DNA of 64,000 nt from Gemmatimonadales bacterium. GTDB lineage: Bacteria > Gemmatimonadota > Gemmatimonadetes > Gemmatimonadales > GWC2-71-9. Shown piece by piece: positions 30,253-40,754 of this stretch (within the stretch, counting starts at the first letter, position 1; each line of letters starts with the position of its first letter). The notes under the pieces are model-generated. The model was not told the origin of the DNA. It ran no database searches and worked only from the letters and a program-made list of their open reading frames with translations. The stretch is from positions 1-64,000 of the forward strand of contig JBFJCP010000024.1 in NCBI GenBank assembly GCA_041615815.1, given 5' to 3'. Made by a program: the position numbers and the translations under genes.

Positions 30253-31572
30253 TCAACTCCAGTTTCGCGCGTCGACATTCAGTAGGGAGTGGAGAAGCAC
30301 ATTCGCACCGTTCAGCACATCCCGGGGCCAGGAGAATTCCTTGGGCGAGTGACTGATGCCCCCTACACTGGGGACGAAGATCATGCCAACTGGTGCAAGC
30401 TGCGCGATGCTTTGCGCATCGTGCCCGGCACCGCTCGGCATTCGCAACGTGGACAGACTGAGCTCACGGGCCGCTCGCTCCACGATATCCCGCATCCGCT
30501 CATCCGTCGGAGCGGAGCGGCTCTCGTAGAATTGATCGAAGGCAATCGCCGTATTCGTCTCACCCGCGATGCGATCCGCAGCGGTCCGGATCTCACCGAA
30601 GATCACGTCGATCTTCTCCATGTCGAGATCCCGAATCTCCAGGCTCAGGTCGACTCGCCCTGGGATGACGTTGGGCGCTCCCGGCTGCGCGTCGATCCGC
30701 CCAACGGTCGCCACCTGGCGACCCGGAAGTTCCTTTACCCCTCGGTGGATGGTCACGACCAACTCCCCCGCCGCCACCAGGGCATCGCGACGTTGGTCCA
30801 TCGGTGTCGTCCCAGCATGATTGGCGAAGCCGTCGATCGCCACACTCCACCGTTTGATCCCGACAATGCCTTCCACCACGCCGATGTCGACATTCTGCGT
30901 GTCGAGTACACTACCCTGCTCCACGTGGAGCTCGAGGAACGCCGCAATATCCCCAGGCGATCGGCGTGCCCCATCGAGCCGATCGGGATCCCCGCCAACC
31001 GCGCGAAGCCCGTCACCGATCGTGAGTCCACTGGCGGTCACGAGCTGCAGCTCGCGGGCTGCGACTTCGCCAATGAGGGCCCGACTACCCGTCTTCCCAC
31101 CTTCCTCGTTGGTGAACACCACGACTTCCAGGGGATGACGCGTTCGAAGTCGCTGTTCCTCCATCGACTGGGCAACCTCGATGCCGGCGATGACACCAAC
31201 CGGGCCGTCGAAGTTTCCTCCCTCGGGCACGGAATCGATGTGCGATCCGACCATGAGGGGGCGCAGTTCGGCATCGCTGCCAGCGCGGCGGCCAATCACG
31301 TTGCCGGCCACGTCGACCGTGGGATCGAGCCCGGCCCCGCGCATGAGCTCGGTGACATACGCCCGAGCCGCCTGGTCAGCCTGGCTGAAGGCCAAGCGGC
31401 GTGCGCCTCCTGCCGTAGTGCGGCCGATCTCGGCGAGGCCCCGGTGATGGCGCAACAACCGGTCGCCATTGATCCCGAGCTGCGGCCCGCGACCGGACGC
31501 CGGGAGACGGGTCGCCGTCAGCAGCGCTCCCGCCAGTCCCACTCCTGTCGCCACGAAACCGCGTCGATTCAT
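30253..31572 (-). CDS. Tat-signal Zn-dependent hydrolase (N-carbamoyl-L-amino acid amidohydrolase/allantoate amidohydrolase family, M20)
   Basis: MNRRGF signal; GSHIDSV, NEEG, ELHVEQG, NHAGTTPM, SGAGHDAQ, ISHSPKE. Confidence 0.9.
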   Translation of the reverse strand: MNRRGFVATGVGLAGALLTATRLPASGRGPQLGINGDRLLRHHRGLAEIGRTTAGGARRLAFSQADQAARAYVTELMRGAGLDPTVDVAGNVIGRRAGSDAELRPLMVGSHIDSVPEGGNFDGPVGVIAGIEVAQSMEEQRLRTRHPLEVVVFTNEEGGKTGSRALIGEVAARELQLVTASGLTIGDGLRAVGGDPDRLDGARRSPGDIAAFLELHVEQGSVLDTQNVDIGVVEGIVGIKRWSVAIDGFANHAGTTPMDQRRDALVAAGELVVTIHRGVKELPGRQVATVGRIDAQPGAPNVIPGRVDLSLEIRDLDMEKIDVIFGEIRTAADRIAGETNTAIAFDQFYESRSAPTDERMRDIVERAARELSLSTLRMPSGAGHDAQSIAQLAPVGMIFVPSVGGISHSPKEFSWPRDVLNGANVLLHSLLNVDARNWS

Positions 31573-31693
31573 GCCATCACCCATCGGCCCTCATGCCCCA
31601 CACCGCGCGCATATCCTCGGTGGTTCAGGGGATCGTCGGGAACGGACCCGCCCTCTGTCCTCGGTGATTGGCACGCTACCTTCAGGTTCGCGC

Positions 31694-31721
31694 TTCTCAC
31701 TTCTGACTCCTCATTCCTCAC
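31694..31721. repeat. Degenerate heptamer tandem repeat (4 units)
   Basis: ttctcac ttctgac tcctcat tcctcac, just past the M14 stop. Confidence 0.6.
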
Positions 31722-31724
31722 TGA

Positions 31725-34568
31725 TCAATGATCCGCATCCCTCCGCGGGGGCGCACCCACAAAGATGGCGTTGAGCAATAAACCCGCGGTGCCATCGTAT
31801 ACACCGCGATACAAGGGATCTTCGGCGAAGAGAATCACGATACCGCGACCCACCTGGTCCACGGTGGCGTACGGTCGTCCCGCATAGGTTCGTGCCGTAT
31901 TGTCCGGCCATGCAAACCCGGCAAGCACCAAATCGTCCGCGGCGCTGAACACGATGGCGTTTGCCCCCTGCGCAGATACCCGAAGCGGTAGTGAACGCAT
32001 GAACACCGGTATCTCGTCTCGCTCGTAGCCGAACGTGAGCCAGTGCGTTCGGTCCACGCGGCCACGCAGAAAGCTGCCGGGAACGTTGAGCGGCGCGTCC
32101 GGGCGGGCCTCTGGGCTGAGCAGGGGCGGCACCGCGGTCCCCGCCGGCGCGGCGCCGTCAATCGTCCGTAGAATGGCGCGAATGGTGTCCGCCGGCGGAC
32201 GTGTCGTGTCGGGCTCCTGATGCGAGGTGCCGAGGTCCCGTTCCATGACGAAGGTGGCGCCACCCCCATACGCAACCAGCGTCCCCCCTCCTTCCGCCCA
32301 CTCCCGCAACACTCGGGCGCCTGCATCTCCCAGGGTAGACCCATACGAGCCGGACGGTAAGACCAGAACGTCGAAATAGCTCAGGTCGGTGCGATCCAAT
32401 CCCGCGGCCCGAAGTGCGGTGAAGGGATACCCCACCCGTCGCTCCAATTCGAACCAGAGATGACCGTACGAGGTGATTCGGACTCCCTCCCCCGCCACCA
32501 CTCCCACACGCGGCGCGCGGATGCCGCGCGTATCCTCTGAACCGGTCCCGGCCTGGCCACGATCCGGAAACGCCGTCTGTGATGCGGTAACCATGACGCC
32601 CGCTTCGCGCGCCAGCTCGCCGACCCGTTCGTGGAGCGCGGTGGGGTTGCGATCGACCCGCGCCACGAACGTGCCTCGAGGATACCGTTCACCATCAACA
32701 ATGAGTGGCCGCTCGGACACCGCGATCTCAAAGCCTTCGCCGAGCAGACGAGCAAGCAGTCGGAAGGAGCCGGTCCCACCTGGAGACCACACGTAGGAGC
32801 TCCTCGCCCGGCCATTCACCCCACCGGTTCGATTCAGTGCTTCGCTGACCCATCCACCGGGCGCCTTTCGCAGGTGGTCCGGGAGCTCGAGCGGGCTTGC
32901 CCCGAGATCCAGCGGCTCTGAAGACCAGTATCCGTCCACGCCGGCCGCAAGCAGGAGATTCCAGGCCGTGACATCGTAAAACGTGTATCGCTCGTGCTCG
33001 GAGTCTGCGCGGCGAGCGTTCCGCGCCCGCCGCGCGAGCTCCTGAGCCGCGTATGCGTCTGGGAGCGGGATGTTCGGTGCCAAGAGGGTTGCCGCGAGAC
33101 GGCCGTTGGGCTGTGCCAAGTTTACCACATACGCCTCCGCAGGAACGTCCACGGCGCGTGGCGGACCGCCCATGAAGGACCGCACAGTGACCCGTGTCTC
33201 ACGGATGGTGCGACCAACCTCAATACCGTGCCGGAGCAGCGTCGTGGCCACCCGAGCTGCACCCTGCGGATCACGGCCGGGAACGACGACGACGGTCCGG
33301 ACGTCGGTGCCCCCCGCCTGCAGCAGCGCGGACCGGAAGTCGTCGTAGTACGCCTGGAGCCGCGTGGTCCGATTCCGGGCCGCCGTCTCGACGGTGGCCA
33401 ACGAGGCGACGAAGTGATGCGCGATTCCATCCGCGAAGGAGAGAATCGTGCCGTCATCGCGTCGCCACCGAACCCCCTTGGAGCCACCGCCGTCCGTCTC
33501 GTACGTCATGCCCGTGGCACCGTGGAGCGCAGGGTAGGTATCCCAGTATCCCGGATAGAACAGATCAAACCGATCCCGTGTGTAGTAGCTCCATCCAAAC
33601 GCATCGAACGCCTCAGCGTTGCCGCGGCCGAAGACCTCGAGCCACTCGTTGAGCGAGGCTGGGTAGAGCGGCATGACCGGTGGGGCGGCAGGCGGAAAGA
33701 AATACTGTGTCGTTTGTCCGTGGAGATCGACGAACACTTGGGGACGCCAGCGCTGAAGCTCTGCCACCACCGCGCGTGTCTCCGTCTGGGTCAGTCCCAA
33801 TGCATCCCGATTCAGATCGAATTGATAATGATTGTTGTTGGTACTCATCCCCCAGGGAGCGTCGTGCTCCAACGCGGCCGGATCCGCATCCCCGGCAACG
33901 AATGCGTTGTACCACGCCACCATACGCTCGTGACTCTCGGGATTGTGAGCCAGGTTGATCACGGTCAGGGCGCTGTCGCGCAGCAGCCGCGTCCGCGAGT
34001 CTTCGCCCGCCGCCACCTGATACGCCACTTGCATCGCTGCTTCGAACGCCGCGGTTTCGTTCCCATCGTTCGCCGCGTTCAACCACACGACGATGGGAGT
34101 TTCGGCAATGAGGGTTCGGGCGCTCGCCGGATCTGTGCGGCGCGGGTCAGCGAGCCGAGCGAGATTGCCACGAATGTCATCGAGCCGGCGGATATTCTCC
34201 TCTGCCGATACGATGACGAGATGCATCGTCTGATGCTCGACGCTTTGACCGTAGTCGATCACACGCACCCGCTGCGGGGCGCTGGCGGCAAGGCGCTCGA
34301 GATACCGCTCCATCCGACCGTACGTCGTATGCCAGCTCCCGATGGGATACCCGAGGACCGAATCGGGGCGCGGCACCTCCGCGCGATACGCGCCGGTCGC
34401 GTAGAAGTCGAAGGCTGCTTCCGGACACAGTCCGAAGGCCAGCCGGGCATCCAGTTCCGAGCGACACCGTGTCTCGGGTATGACCGGGAGCTGCTGCGCT
34501 GGCGCGGCCGAAGTCCATACGAGCAACAGGCAGGCCAGGCTCAACCAATGAGGGGATTTCGATGGCAT
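31725..34568 (-). CDS. Secreted M14 zinc carboxypeptidase-like protein
   Basis: Signal peptide; DGNE in place of HxxE, DLNRD, DLHG, MTYET; C-terminal GATase-like domain. Confidence 0.85.
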   Translation of the reverse strand: MPSKSPHWLSLACLLLVWTSAAPAQQLPVIPETRCRSELDARLAFGLCPEAAFDFYATGAYRAEVPRPDSVLGYPIGSWHTTYGRMERYLERLAASAPQRVRVIDYGQSVEHQTMHLVIVSAEENIRRLDDIRGNLARLADPRRTDPASARTLIAETPIVVWLNAANDGNETAAFEAAMQVAYQVAAGEDSRTRLLRDSALTVINLAHNPESHERMVAWYNAFVAGDADPAALEHDAPWGMSTNNNHYQFDLNRDALGLTQTETRAVVAELQRWRPQVFVDLHGQTTQYFFPPAAPPVMPLYPASLNEWLEVFGRGNAEAFDAFGWSYYTRDRFDLFYPGYWDTYPALHGATGMTYETDGGGSKGVRWRRDDGTILSFADGIAHHFVASLATVETAARNRTTRLQAYYDDFRSALLQAGGTDVRTVVVVPGRDPQGAARVATTLLRHGIEVGRTIRETRVTVRSFMGGPPRAVDVPAEAYVVNLAQPNGRLAATLLAPNIPLPDAYAAQELARRARNARRADSEHERYTFYDVTAWNLLLAAGVDGYWSSEPLDLGASPLELPDHLRKAPGGWVSEALNRTGGVNGRARSSYVWSPGGTGSFRLLARLLGEGFEIAVSERPLIVDGERYPRGTFVARVDRNPTALHERVGELAREAGVMVTASQTAFPDRGQAGTGSEDTRGIRAPRVGVVAGEGVRITSYGHLWFELERRVGYPFTALRAAGLDRTDLSYFDVLVLPSGSYGSTLGDAGARVLREWAEGGGTLVAYGGGATFVMERDLGTSHQEPDTTRPPADTIRAILRTIDGAAPAGTAVPPLLSPEARPDAPLNVPGSFLRGRVDRTHWLTFGYERDEIPVFMRSLPLRVSAQGANAIVFSAADDLVLAGFAWPDNTARTYAGRPYATVDQVGRGIVILFAEDPLYRGVYDGTAGLLLNAIFVGAPPRRDADH

Positions 34569-34737
34569 AAGACAGTTCTCGGTGCGTTTGCAACGACGTG
34601 CGCGCGCGCGGCTACGACCCGAACGAATCGTTCAGGAGGAGAGTGGTGGCCGGCACATGGCAAGGTTACACCGCCTTCCGCCGGAGAGCCAGATGCTCTG
34701 CTTGCCGGCACGCCACGAAGACCGATACACTTGATAC

Positions 34738-36051
34738 ATGAACCGACGCGACTTCACGACCACGATGGGCGCCGCGCTGGGCGCCTGGAGCCTGACACGC
34801 TCCCGAGATCTTCCGCGCGAACCCATTCGGGTGGACGCAGAGCGTCTGCTGCGCCACTTCGATGCCTTGTCGGCGTTTGGTGCGACCCCGGCCGGAGGTG
34901 TATCGCGTGTCGCATACACCGAAGCTGACCGCCAGGGCCGCGAGTTCGTCATGGGCTTGATGCGACAGGCCGGACTCAGGGTGCGCATGGATGCTGCCGG
35001 CAATATCCTCGGCCGGCGTTCGGGTACGCAAAACGACTTGCCCCCCCTGCTTGTCGGGTCCCACATCGATTCCGTCCCGGACGGTGGCCGATACGATGGC
35101 AACGTCGGATCCATGGGCGCCTTGGAAGCGGCGTGGACCCTGGGCGATCGTGAAATCCAAACACGTCACCCAATCGAGGTGGTCGTTTTTCAGAACGAAG
35201 AGGGTGGGCTCATCGGCAGCAGTTTGATGGTCGGGACGCTCCGCGCATCCGTCCTGGACCAGCCAAGTCAAAGCGGAAAAACCTTCCGTGAGGGAACGGC
35301 GTTCATTGGCGGGAATCCGGATGATCTCGCCACCGCCGTTCGACGGTCGGGGGACGTCGCTGCCTATCTGGAGCTCCATATCGAGCAAGGGGGTCTCCTC
35401 GAGGCGGCCAATCTGGATGTGGGCGTGGTCGAGGGCATCGTGTCGATCCGGTGGTGGAACGTGACCATCGACGGATTTGCGAATCATGCGGGAACCACAC
35501 CCATGGGCCAGCGGCGCGACGCATTACTTGCGGCGGCCGCATTCATCGAAGCGGTCAACCGCATTATCAGGAGCGTCCCTGGCAGGCAGGTGGGCACCGT
35601 GGGTCAGATCCGCGCGCATCCTGGCGCACCGAACGTCATCCCCGGACAGGTCGTGGTCAGCCTCGAGATTCGGGATCTCGATGCGGCGAAGATCGAGCGC
35701 CTGTTTCGCGAGATCGAGACGGAAGCACACCGCATTGGCACGGCAAGCGGCACGACCTTCACCATTACGGACACCGAGATCGATACCCCGCCAGCCCCGA
35801 CCGACGTCCGCATTCGGGGCATGGTGGAGGAGGCCAGCGACGAGCTGGGACTCACGCACCAGCGCATGCCAAGTGGCGCGGGCCATGACGCGCAGAGCCT
35901 CGCCTTGATCGCTCCCGTGGGTATGATCTTCGTGCCGAGTGTGGGCGGGATCAGTCACTCGCCGCGGGAGTATACGAAGCCCGAAGACCTCGTGAACGGG
36001 GCGAATGTGCTGCTTGGGACGCTGCTGGCCGTCGACCGAGCCGAGTTGTAA
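34738..36051 (+). CDS. Tat-signal Zn-dependent hydrolase (M20 carbamoylase family), paralog of 30253-31572
   Basis: MNRRDF signal; GSHIDSV, NEEG, ELHIEQG, NHAGTTPM, SGAGHDAQ. Confidence 0.9.
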   Translation: MNRRDFTTTMGAALGAWSLTRSRDLPREPIRVDAERLLRHFDALSAFGATPAGGVSRVAYTEADRQGREFVMGLMRQAGLRVRMDAAGNILGRRSGTQNDLPPLLVGSHIDSVPDGGRYDGNVGSMGALEAAWTLGDREIQTRHPIEVVVFQNEEGGLIGSSLMVGTLRASVLDQPSQSGKTFREGTAFIGGNPDDLATAVRRSGDVAAYLELHIEQGGLLEAANLDVGVVEGIVSIRWWNVTIDGFANHAGTTPMGQRRDALLAAAAFIEAVNRIIRSVPGRQVGTVGQIRAHPGAPNVIPGQVVVSLEIRDLDAAKIERLFREIETEAHRIGTASGTTFTITDTEIDTPPAPTDVRIRGMVEEASDELGLTHQRMPSGAGHDAQSLALIAPVGMIFVPSVGGISHSPREYTKPEDLVNGANVLLGTLLAVDRAEL

Positions 36052-36170
36052 GAGAAGCCGAGGGGCCACCGGGAGTCGCCATCACCCCATCGTCGGTAGC
36101 CTGCGGCTCGGATGCCTTCGTCGGTACACCCTGCGCTGCACCTCGGGCAGGCAATCGAGTCCCCTTCCCG

Positions 36171-38834
36171 CTATCCGGTATTGCGCATTCCCGCCGCGAT
36201 ACCGTTCACACACACTGTCAGGGCATCCACCAGCTCTGCGCTTTTTCCCTCGCGCCGGAGTCGGCACAGGATCTCCGCCTGCACGATGTTGATGGGATCG
36301 ACATAGGGGTTGCGCACGTCGATGGATCGCCGCAGCACCCGGTTGTGCTCGAGCAGCTCTTGGTGCTCGGTGACCGCGAGCACCGTGTCGATGGTTTCGC
36401 GAAGACGCTCGCGCAATTCGACGCCCACCGCGCGCAACGGCTCCGGGACGAGACGTTCGTCGTATCGCGCGCTGATCGTGGGTGATGCCTTGGCCAGCAC
36501 CATCTCGATGAGATCGAGCGTACTCTGAAAGAACGGCCACTCCCGATACATCTCGCGGAGCTCGGCGAGGCGTCCATCGGCGATCGCGGCACCGAGTGCC
36601 GCACCCACACCCAGCCACGCGGGTAACATCAGGCGAGTCTGCGTCCAGGCAAATACCCAGGGAATGGCGCGTAACGATTCGACACCGGAGCCACTGCTCC
36701 GCCGTGCGGGCCGACTCCCGATGTTGAGGTGGGCGAGCTCCTGCTCGGGCGTGGCGGTGCGAAAGTATTCGAGGAATTCGGGCCGTTCGTACACGACGTG
36801 GCGATAGGACTTGCGCGATTGTTCTGCCAGGGAATGCATCAGATCGCGCCAGCTCGGGTGCGGATCCGATGCGGGGTCGAGCGTCGCTTCGAGCGTGGCC
36901 GTCAGATACACCTCGAGCGTACGCACGGCGATTCCCGGGAGTCCAAACTTCGCATCGATCATCTCGCCCTGCTCGGTCACTCGGAGCGACCCGGCCACCG
37001 ACCCCGGTGGCTGAGACTGAATGGCGAGATATGTCGGGCCACCCCCTCGACCCACGGTGCCACCACGACCATGAAACAGGGTGACGTGGACGCCGCTCTC
37101 CCGCGCCCGAGCGACGATCGCCTCCTGCGCGCGATAGAGCTCCCATGAGGCGGCGAGGCGGCCTCCGTCCTTGGCCGAGTCGGAATAGCCAAGCATGACC
37201 TCCTGGCTTCCGCCGATCCGCTCGCGGTACCACGGGATGGCCAGCAATTCGGCCACGGCATCGCCGGCCCGTCGGAGATCGCTGACCGTCTCGAACAACG
37301 GGACGACACGAAGCGGCGGGCGTATGCCGGCGGCGACCTGCATCAGCTCCACCGCCAACACGTCTGACGGTGCAGCCGCCATGGAGATGACGTACGCGCC
37401 GAGTGACCCCACCGGCAACGAGGCCGCAACCCGAAAGGTGTCGAGGACATCCCGCACGGGCGGCGCCAGCCGCCCCTGGTCTTCCATGACGCGTCGGACC
37501 GTCGTGCCCCCAGTCTCCAGATGCGTGCAGAGAAACGCCTGCCGCGTCGCTTCGTCCCATTCGGCGTACGACCCCTCCCCGAGCCGGTGGCTGATCGCGT
37601 CGAGCGCGTCGGTGTGGCGCGTGGCTTCCTGCCGTAGATCGAGCCGTACCAAGGTCAAGCCGAACGCCGCCACACGCCGAAGAAGATCCAGCAAGCGGCC
37701 GCGGGCTACCTCCTTCGCACCCGTTGCCTCCAAGGATCGAAAGCAGATCCGGAGTGGTTCCGCGAGGTCCTCGACATTCCAGTACGGCTCCGCTCGCGAA
37801 ACGCGTTGGGACTGGACGCCCTCGAGGTCGGCCTCGATTTGGGCGCGCGTAGCGCGAAGTCGATCGAGCACACGACGTAGCAACACTCGGTATGGCTCCT
37901 CCGCGCTGCCAACACTCGAGCGCAGCTCCGTGCTCCCGTCGCGCATCGAGAGCTCGCTCCTCAGCTCGGTGATTTCCTTCAGGTAGAGGTCGGCCGCCAT
38001 CCATCTGGCCAGGAGCACCGCCTGCCGGGTGATCGCCGGAGTCACGTTGGGATTCCCGTCACGATCACCACCCATCCAGGACCCGAACCGAACGGGAGCC
38101 GCCTCCACTGAGAGCTCGCGGCCCGTCGTCTCCTGGAGCGCCCGATCCAGCGCCCGCAAGACCTCCGGCACTGCGTGCCATACCGTTTGTTCGAAAATCA
38201 CGAGTCCCCACCGGACTTCATCCAGCGGCGTAGGGCGCCGGTGTCGGACTTCGTCCGTCAGCCAGCCCGTGATCACCTCGCGGCGTAATCCGTGCCGGAT
38301 GGCATCGCGTTCCGCAGGCGTCAAATCTCCGTGGTCGTCGCGCGCGAGAAGCTCGGCAATACGCCGCTGCTGTTGCCGAAGTGTCCGACGGACCACTTCC
38401 GTGGGGTGGGCGGTCAGGACCAGCTCGATTTGCAGGGCCTCGAGACCCTCACACAGCCGCTCCACATCAACGCCCCGCTCGCGAAGCCGCCGGAAGCTGT
38501 CCGCAAACGACGCGCGCTGGGGCGGAGCCTGCGGATCGCGCTGGTAGTCCCGCCGACGTCGCACACGGTGATGCTGCTCGGCGATATTGGCGAGCGTGAG
38601 AAAGTGTGCAAACGCGCGAGCGAGACGGCGAGCCGTGCGCACCGGTAATCCGGTGAGCCGCGCTTCGAGCACCTCGAGATCTGCCGCACTTCCATGGCGC
38701 GCGCGTTTGGCCAGCGCGCGAACCGTCTCGACCGCTTCGAAGAGATCCACGCCCTCGATCTGCGTGAGGGTATCTCCAAGGAGACTGCCCAGCAGACGAA
38801 CATCGTCGCGAAGCCGCTGGTGGGGATCGCTCAC
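36171..38834 (-). CDS. ppc: Phosphoenolpyruvate carboxylase
   Basis: VLTAHPT, WMGGDRDGNP, QEVMLGYSDSAKDGG, FHGRGGTVGRGG, LRAIPW, C-terminal MRNTG; GTG start overlaps the upstream TGA. Confidence 0.97.
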   Translation of the reverse strand: MSDPHQRLRDDVRLLGSLLGDTLTQIEGVDLFEAVETVRALAKRARHGSAADLEVLEARLTGLPVRTARRLARAFAHFLTLANIAEQHHRVRRRRDYQRDPQAPPQRASFADSFRRLRERGVDVERLCEGLEALQIELVLTAHPTEVVRRTLRQQQRRIAELLARDDHGDLTPAERDAIRHGLRREVITGWLTDEVRHRRPTPLDEVRWGLVIFEQTVWHAVPEVLRALDRALQETTGRELSVEAAPVRFGSWMGGDRDGNPNVTPAITRQAVLLARWMAADLYLKEITELRSELSMRDGSTELRSSVGSAEEPYRVLLRRVLDRLRATRAQIEADLEGVQSQRVSRAEPYWNVEDLAEPLRICFRSLEATGAKEVARGRLLDLLRRVAAFGLTLVRLDLRQEATRHTDALDAISHRLGEGSYAEWDEATRQAFLCTHLETGGTTVRRVMEDQGRLAPPVRDVLDTFRVAASLPVGSLGAYVISMAAAPSDVLAVELMQVAAGIRPPLRVVPLFETVSDLRRAGDAVAELLAIPWYRERIGGSQEVMLGYSDSAKDGGRLAASWELYRAQEAIVARARESGVHVTLFHGRGGTVGRGGGPTYLAIQSQPPGSVAGSLRVTEQGEMIDAKFGLPGIAVRTLEVYLTATLEATLDPASDPHPSWRDLMHSLAEQSRKSYRHVVYERPEFLEYFRTATPEQELAHLNIGSRPARRSSGSGVESLRAIPWVFAWTQTRLMLPAWLGVGAALGAAIADGRLAELREMYREWPFFQSTLDLIEMVLAKASPTISARYDERLVPEPLRAVGVELRERLRETIDTVLAVTEHQELLEHNRVLRRSIDVRNPYVDPINIVQAEILCRLRREGKSAELVDALTVCVNGIAAGMRNTG

Positions 38835-39691
38835 TGCAGGACCAGGGCGAGCACGCCCACCGCAATGTGCGCCGCCGCTCGCGCAGCTCGTCCATCGTGG
38901 TCCACCGCTGGATCGCATGCCGTAAGCGCTACCGCCGCAAGGGGACAGCGCGCGGCACTCGCCCGGACCGATGCCACCACGTCATCCACCGTAATCCCGT
39001 TGGGTGCCTGATATTCGTTGACCCGGGCGACCGCCGGATCCAGCACATCGAGGTCGACATGCGCGTAGAGCTGGATGGCACCCGCCGTGGCGCCCTCGAG
39101 CGAGGCCCTGACCTGAGGAGACGGCCCTCCCCGGGTCGCCTGTGGATCCACGACCGTCATCCCCGACTGACGAAGGAACATTTCTTCAGGTGCATCCAGA
39201 TCTCGAAGCGCCACCGTGGCAACGCGAGCTTCGGACACCGGTGCCCATCCGGGAATCGATTCGAGCAGGGACACCCAGCACCGTCCCAACACCATCGAGA
39301 GGGCCATGCCATCGAGGAACCCACTGGTCGTCGTCTCGGGAGTATTGAGATCGCCGTGGCTGTCGAACCAGAGAACTCCCGTCTCGTTGGAGCCCAATCC
39401 AGCGAGCGTGCCGGCGGCGGTGCTGCAGTTGCCGGCTAGAACGAGTGGAAAAGCACTCGACGCGCAGACCCAACGCACCCGCTCCGCCACCGCACGGGAT
39501 ACAGCCACCGCCATTCCGATGTCTGAGGGTACCTCCGGCTCTTCCACCCGCACCTCGTGCACCTCGACGTCGTGTCCCGCACCGCGCACGACGTCCACGA
39601 GGCCATGCGTGAGGAGATGCTGCGGACCACCACCCAGTCGCCATTCCCGTTTTCCCGAATCGTAGGGAACGGTGATGACATGGACGTTCAC
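38831..39691 (-). CDS. Arginase/ureohydrolase family protein with non-canonical active site
   Basis: VPYDSG, AGNCS, WFDSHGDLNTPETT, HVDLDVLDP; GTG start overlaps the upstream TGA. Confidence 0.85.
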   Translation of the reverse strand: MNVHVITVPYDSGKREWRLGGGPQHLLTHGLVDVVRGAGHDVEVHEVRVEEPEVPSDIGMAVAVSRAVAERVRWVCASSAFPLVLAGNCSTAAGTLAGLGSNETGVLWFDSHGDLNTPETTTSGFLDGMALSMVLGRCWVSLLESIPGWAPVSEARVATVALRDLDAPEEMFLRQSGMTVVDPQATRGGPSPQVRASLEGATAGAIQLYAHVDLDVLDPAVARVNEYQAPNGITVDDVVASVRASAARCPLAAVALTACDPAVDHDGRAARAAAHIAVGVLALVLQ

Positions 39692-40725
39692 TCGACGGGG
39701 GTTCGAAACGCAAGGATGCGCGTGGGTGCTTCGCCGATCTTCGCGGTTCGCAACACTGCGCGCAATCCCCGATGGATGGCGGCCACCGCCCCACCCGCCT
39801 CGAGACTCACGTACAAGGGTTCCCCGTCTGGATGGAGCGTGAACCAGTGCGGTCCACCCTCGGTCTCGATCTCCGCAAACTGTCTCCGCTCCGGTAACAA
39901 GAACCCATAGACTCTGCTGGTTCCGTACGCCGCCACCCACAACTCCCGCTCGTTGGGCGTGAGCAACAAGCCATGGGTATACGTATCGAGCGGTGGTGGT
40001 GGGGTGCCGGGTGGGATCGGGTACTCCACGCGATGCACCACCTGATCGGAGCTGAGATCGACCGTCACGAATCCGATGAGTCCCGAGAGTGCCACGTACG
40101 CCAGGGAGTCGTCGGCGGTCAGTGCCACCGGCCGGGGGATGCCGCCAACGTGGATTTGGCGCTGGATCTCGAGCGTCGTAGGGTCGATGACGGTAATCAG
40201 ACTATCGCCCATCGACGTCACATACACCCGATCGCCGTTCGCTGACGTGTAGGCGTTGTGCTGCGCCCGACCGGCCGACAGGGTCTTGACGACCAGCATG
40301 GATTCCGTGTCGACGATGGCCGTCTGGTCGCCACCGCGCTGCGGGACAAACACGTGGCGACCGTTGGCGCTGATCGTCGGCTCGTTGGGAATGGGTCCCA
40401 CGTCCACCCGGGACACAATCTCGTGAGTCGCGACATCGACCTTGAGGAGTTCGTTGCTGGTTTCGACGGTGATGTACAGCGTGCGCCCGTCCGGAGACGC
40501 CACGATCCCATGGGGACGAGGGCCCGTATCGATCGTATCGAGCACGTCCAGCGTGTGGGGATCGAGCTGGAACACGCCTTCGTACCGATCGACGGCGTAG
40601 AGCCGCACGGTGCCGCCGTCGACGCCCTGCCCGTCCGTTTCGGGCCGTTCCTCTGCACAGGCCGCTCCCAGGACCACTCCCAGTGCTACGAGTAGCACTT
40701 GCCCGATCCTGCGATACCGACGCAT
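39688..40725 (-). CDS. YncE/YVTN beta-propeller lipoprotein
   Basis: Lipobox GAAC; repeats such as PHGIVASPDGRTLYIT and GDRVYVTS. Confidence 0.85.
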   Translation of the reverse strand: MRRYRRIGQVLLVALGVVLGAACAEERPETDGQGVDGGTVRLYAVDRYEGVFQLDPHTLDVLDTIDTGPRPHGIVASPDGRTLYITVETSNELLKVDVATHEIVSRVDVGPIPNEPTISANGRHVFVPQRGGDQTAIVDTESMLVVKTLSAGRAQHNAYTSANGDRVYVTSMGDSLITVIDPTTLEIQRQIHVGGIPRPVALTADDSLAYVALSGLIGFVTVDLSSDQVVHRVEYPIPPGTPPPPLDTYTHGLLLTPNERELWVAAYGTSRVYGFLLPERRQFAEIETEGGPHWFTLHPDGEPLYVSLEAGGAVAAIHRGLRAVLRTAKIGEAPTRILAFRTPVE

Positions 40726-40754
40726 ACACCCTCTCCTGCCGCCGCCGCCCAAGG

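Noticed and set aside
32994..34928. 644-aa plus-strand ORF
   Set aside because: Antisense shadow of the M14 gene, expected at high GC
36082..38004. 640-aa minus-strand ORF
   Set aside because: Alternate frame within ppc; low-complexity Arg/Ala/Gly composition
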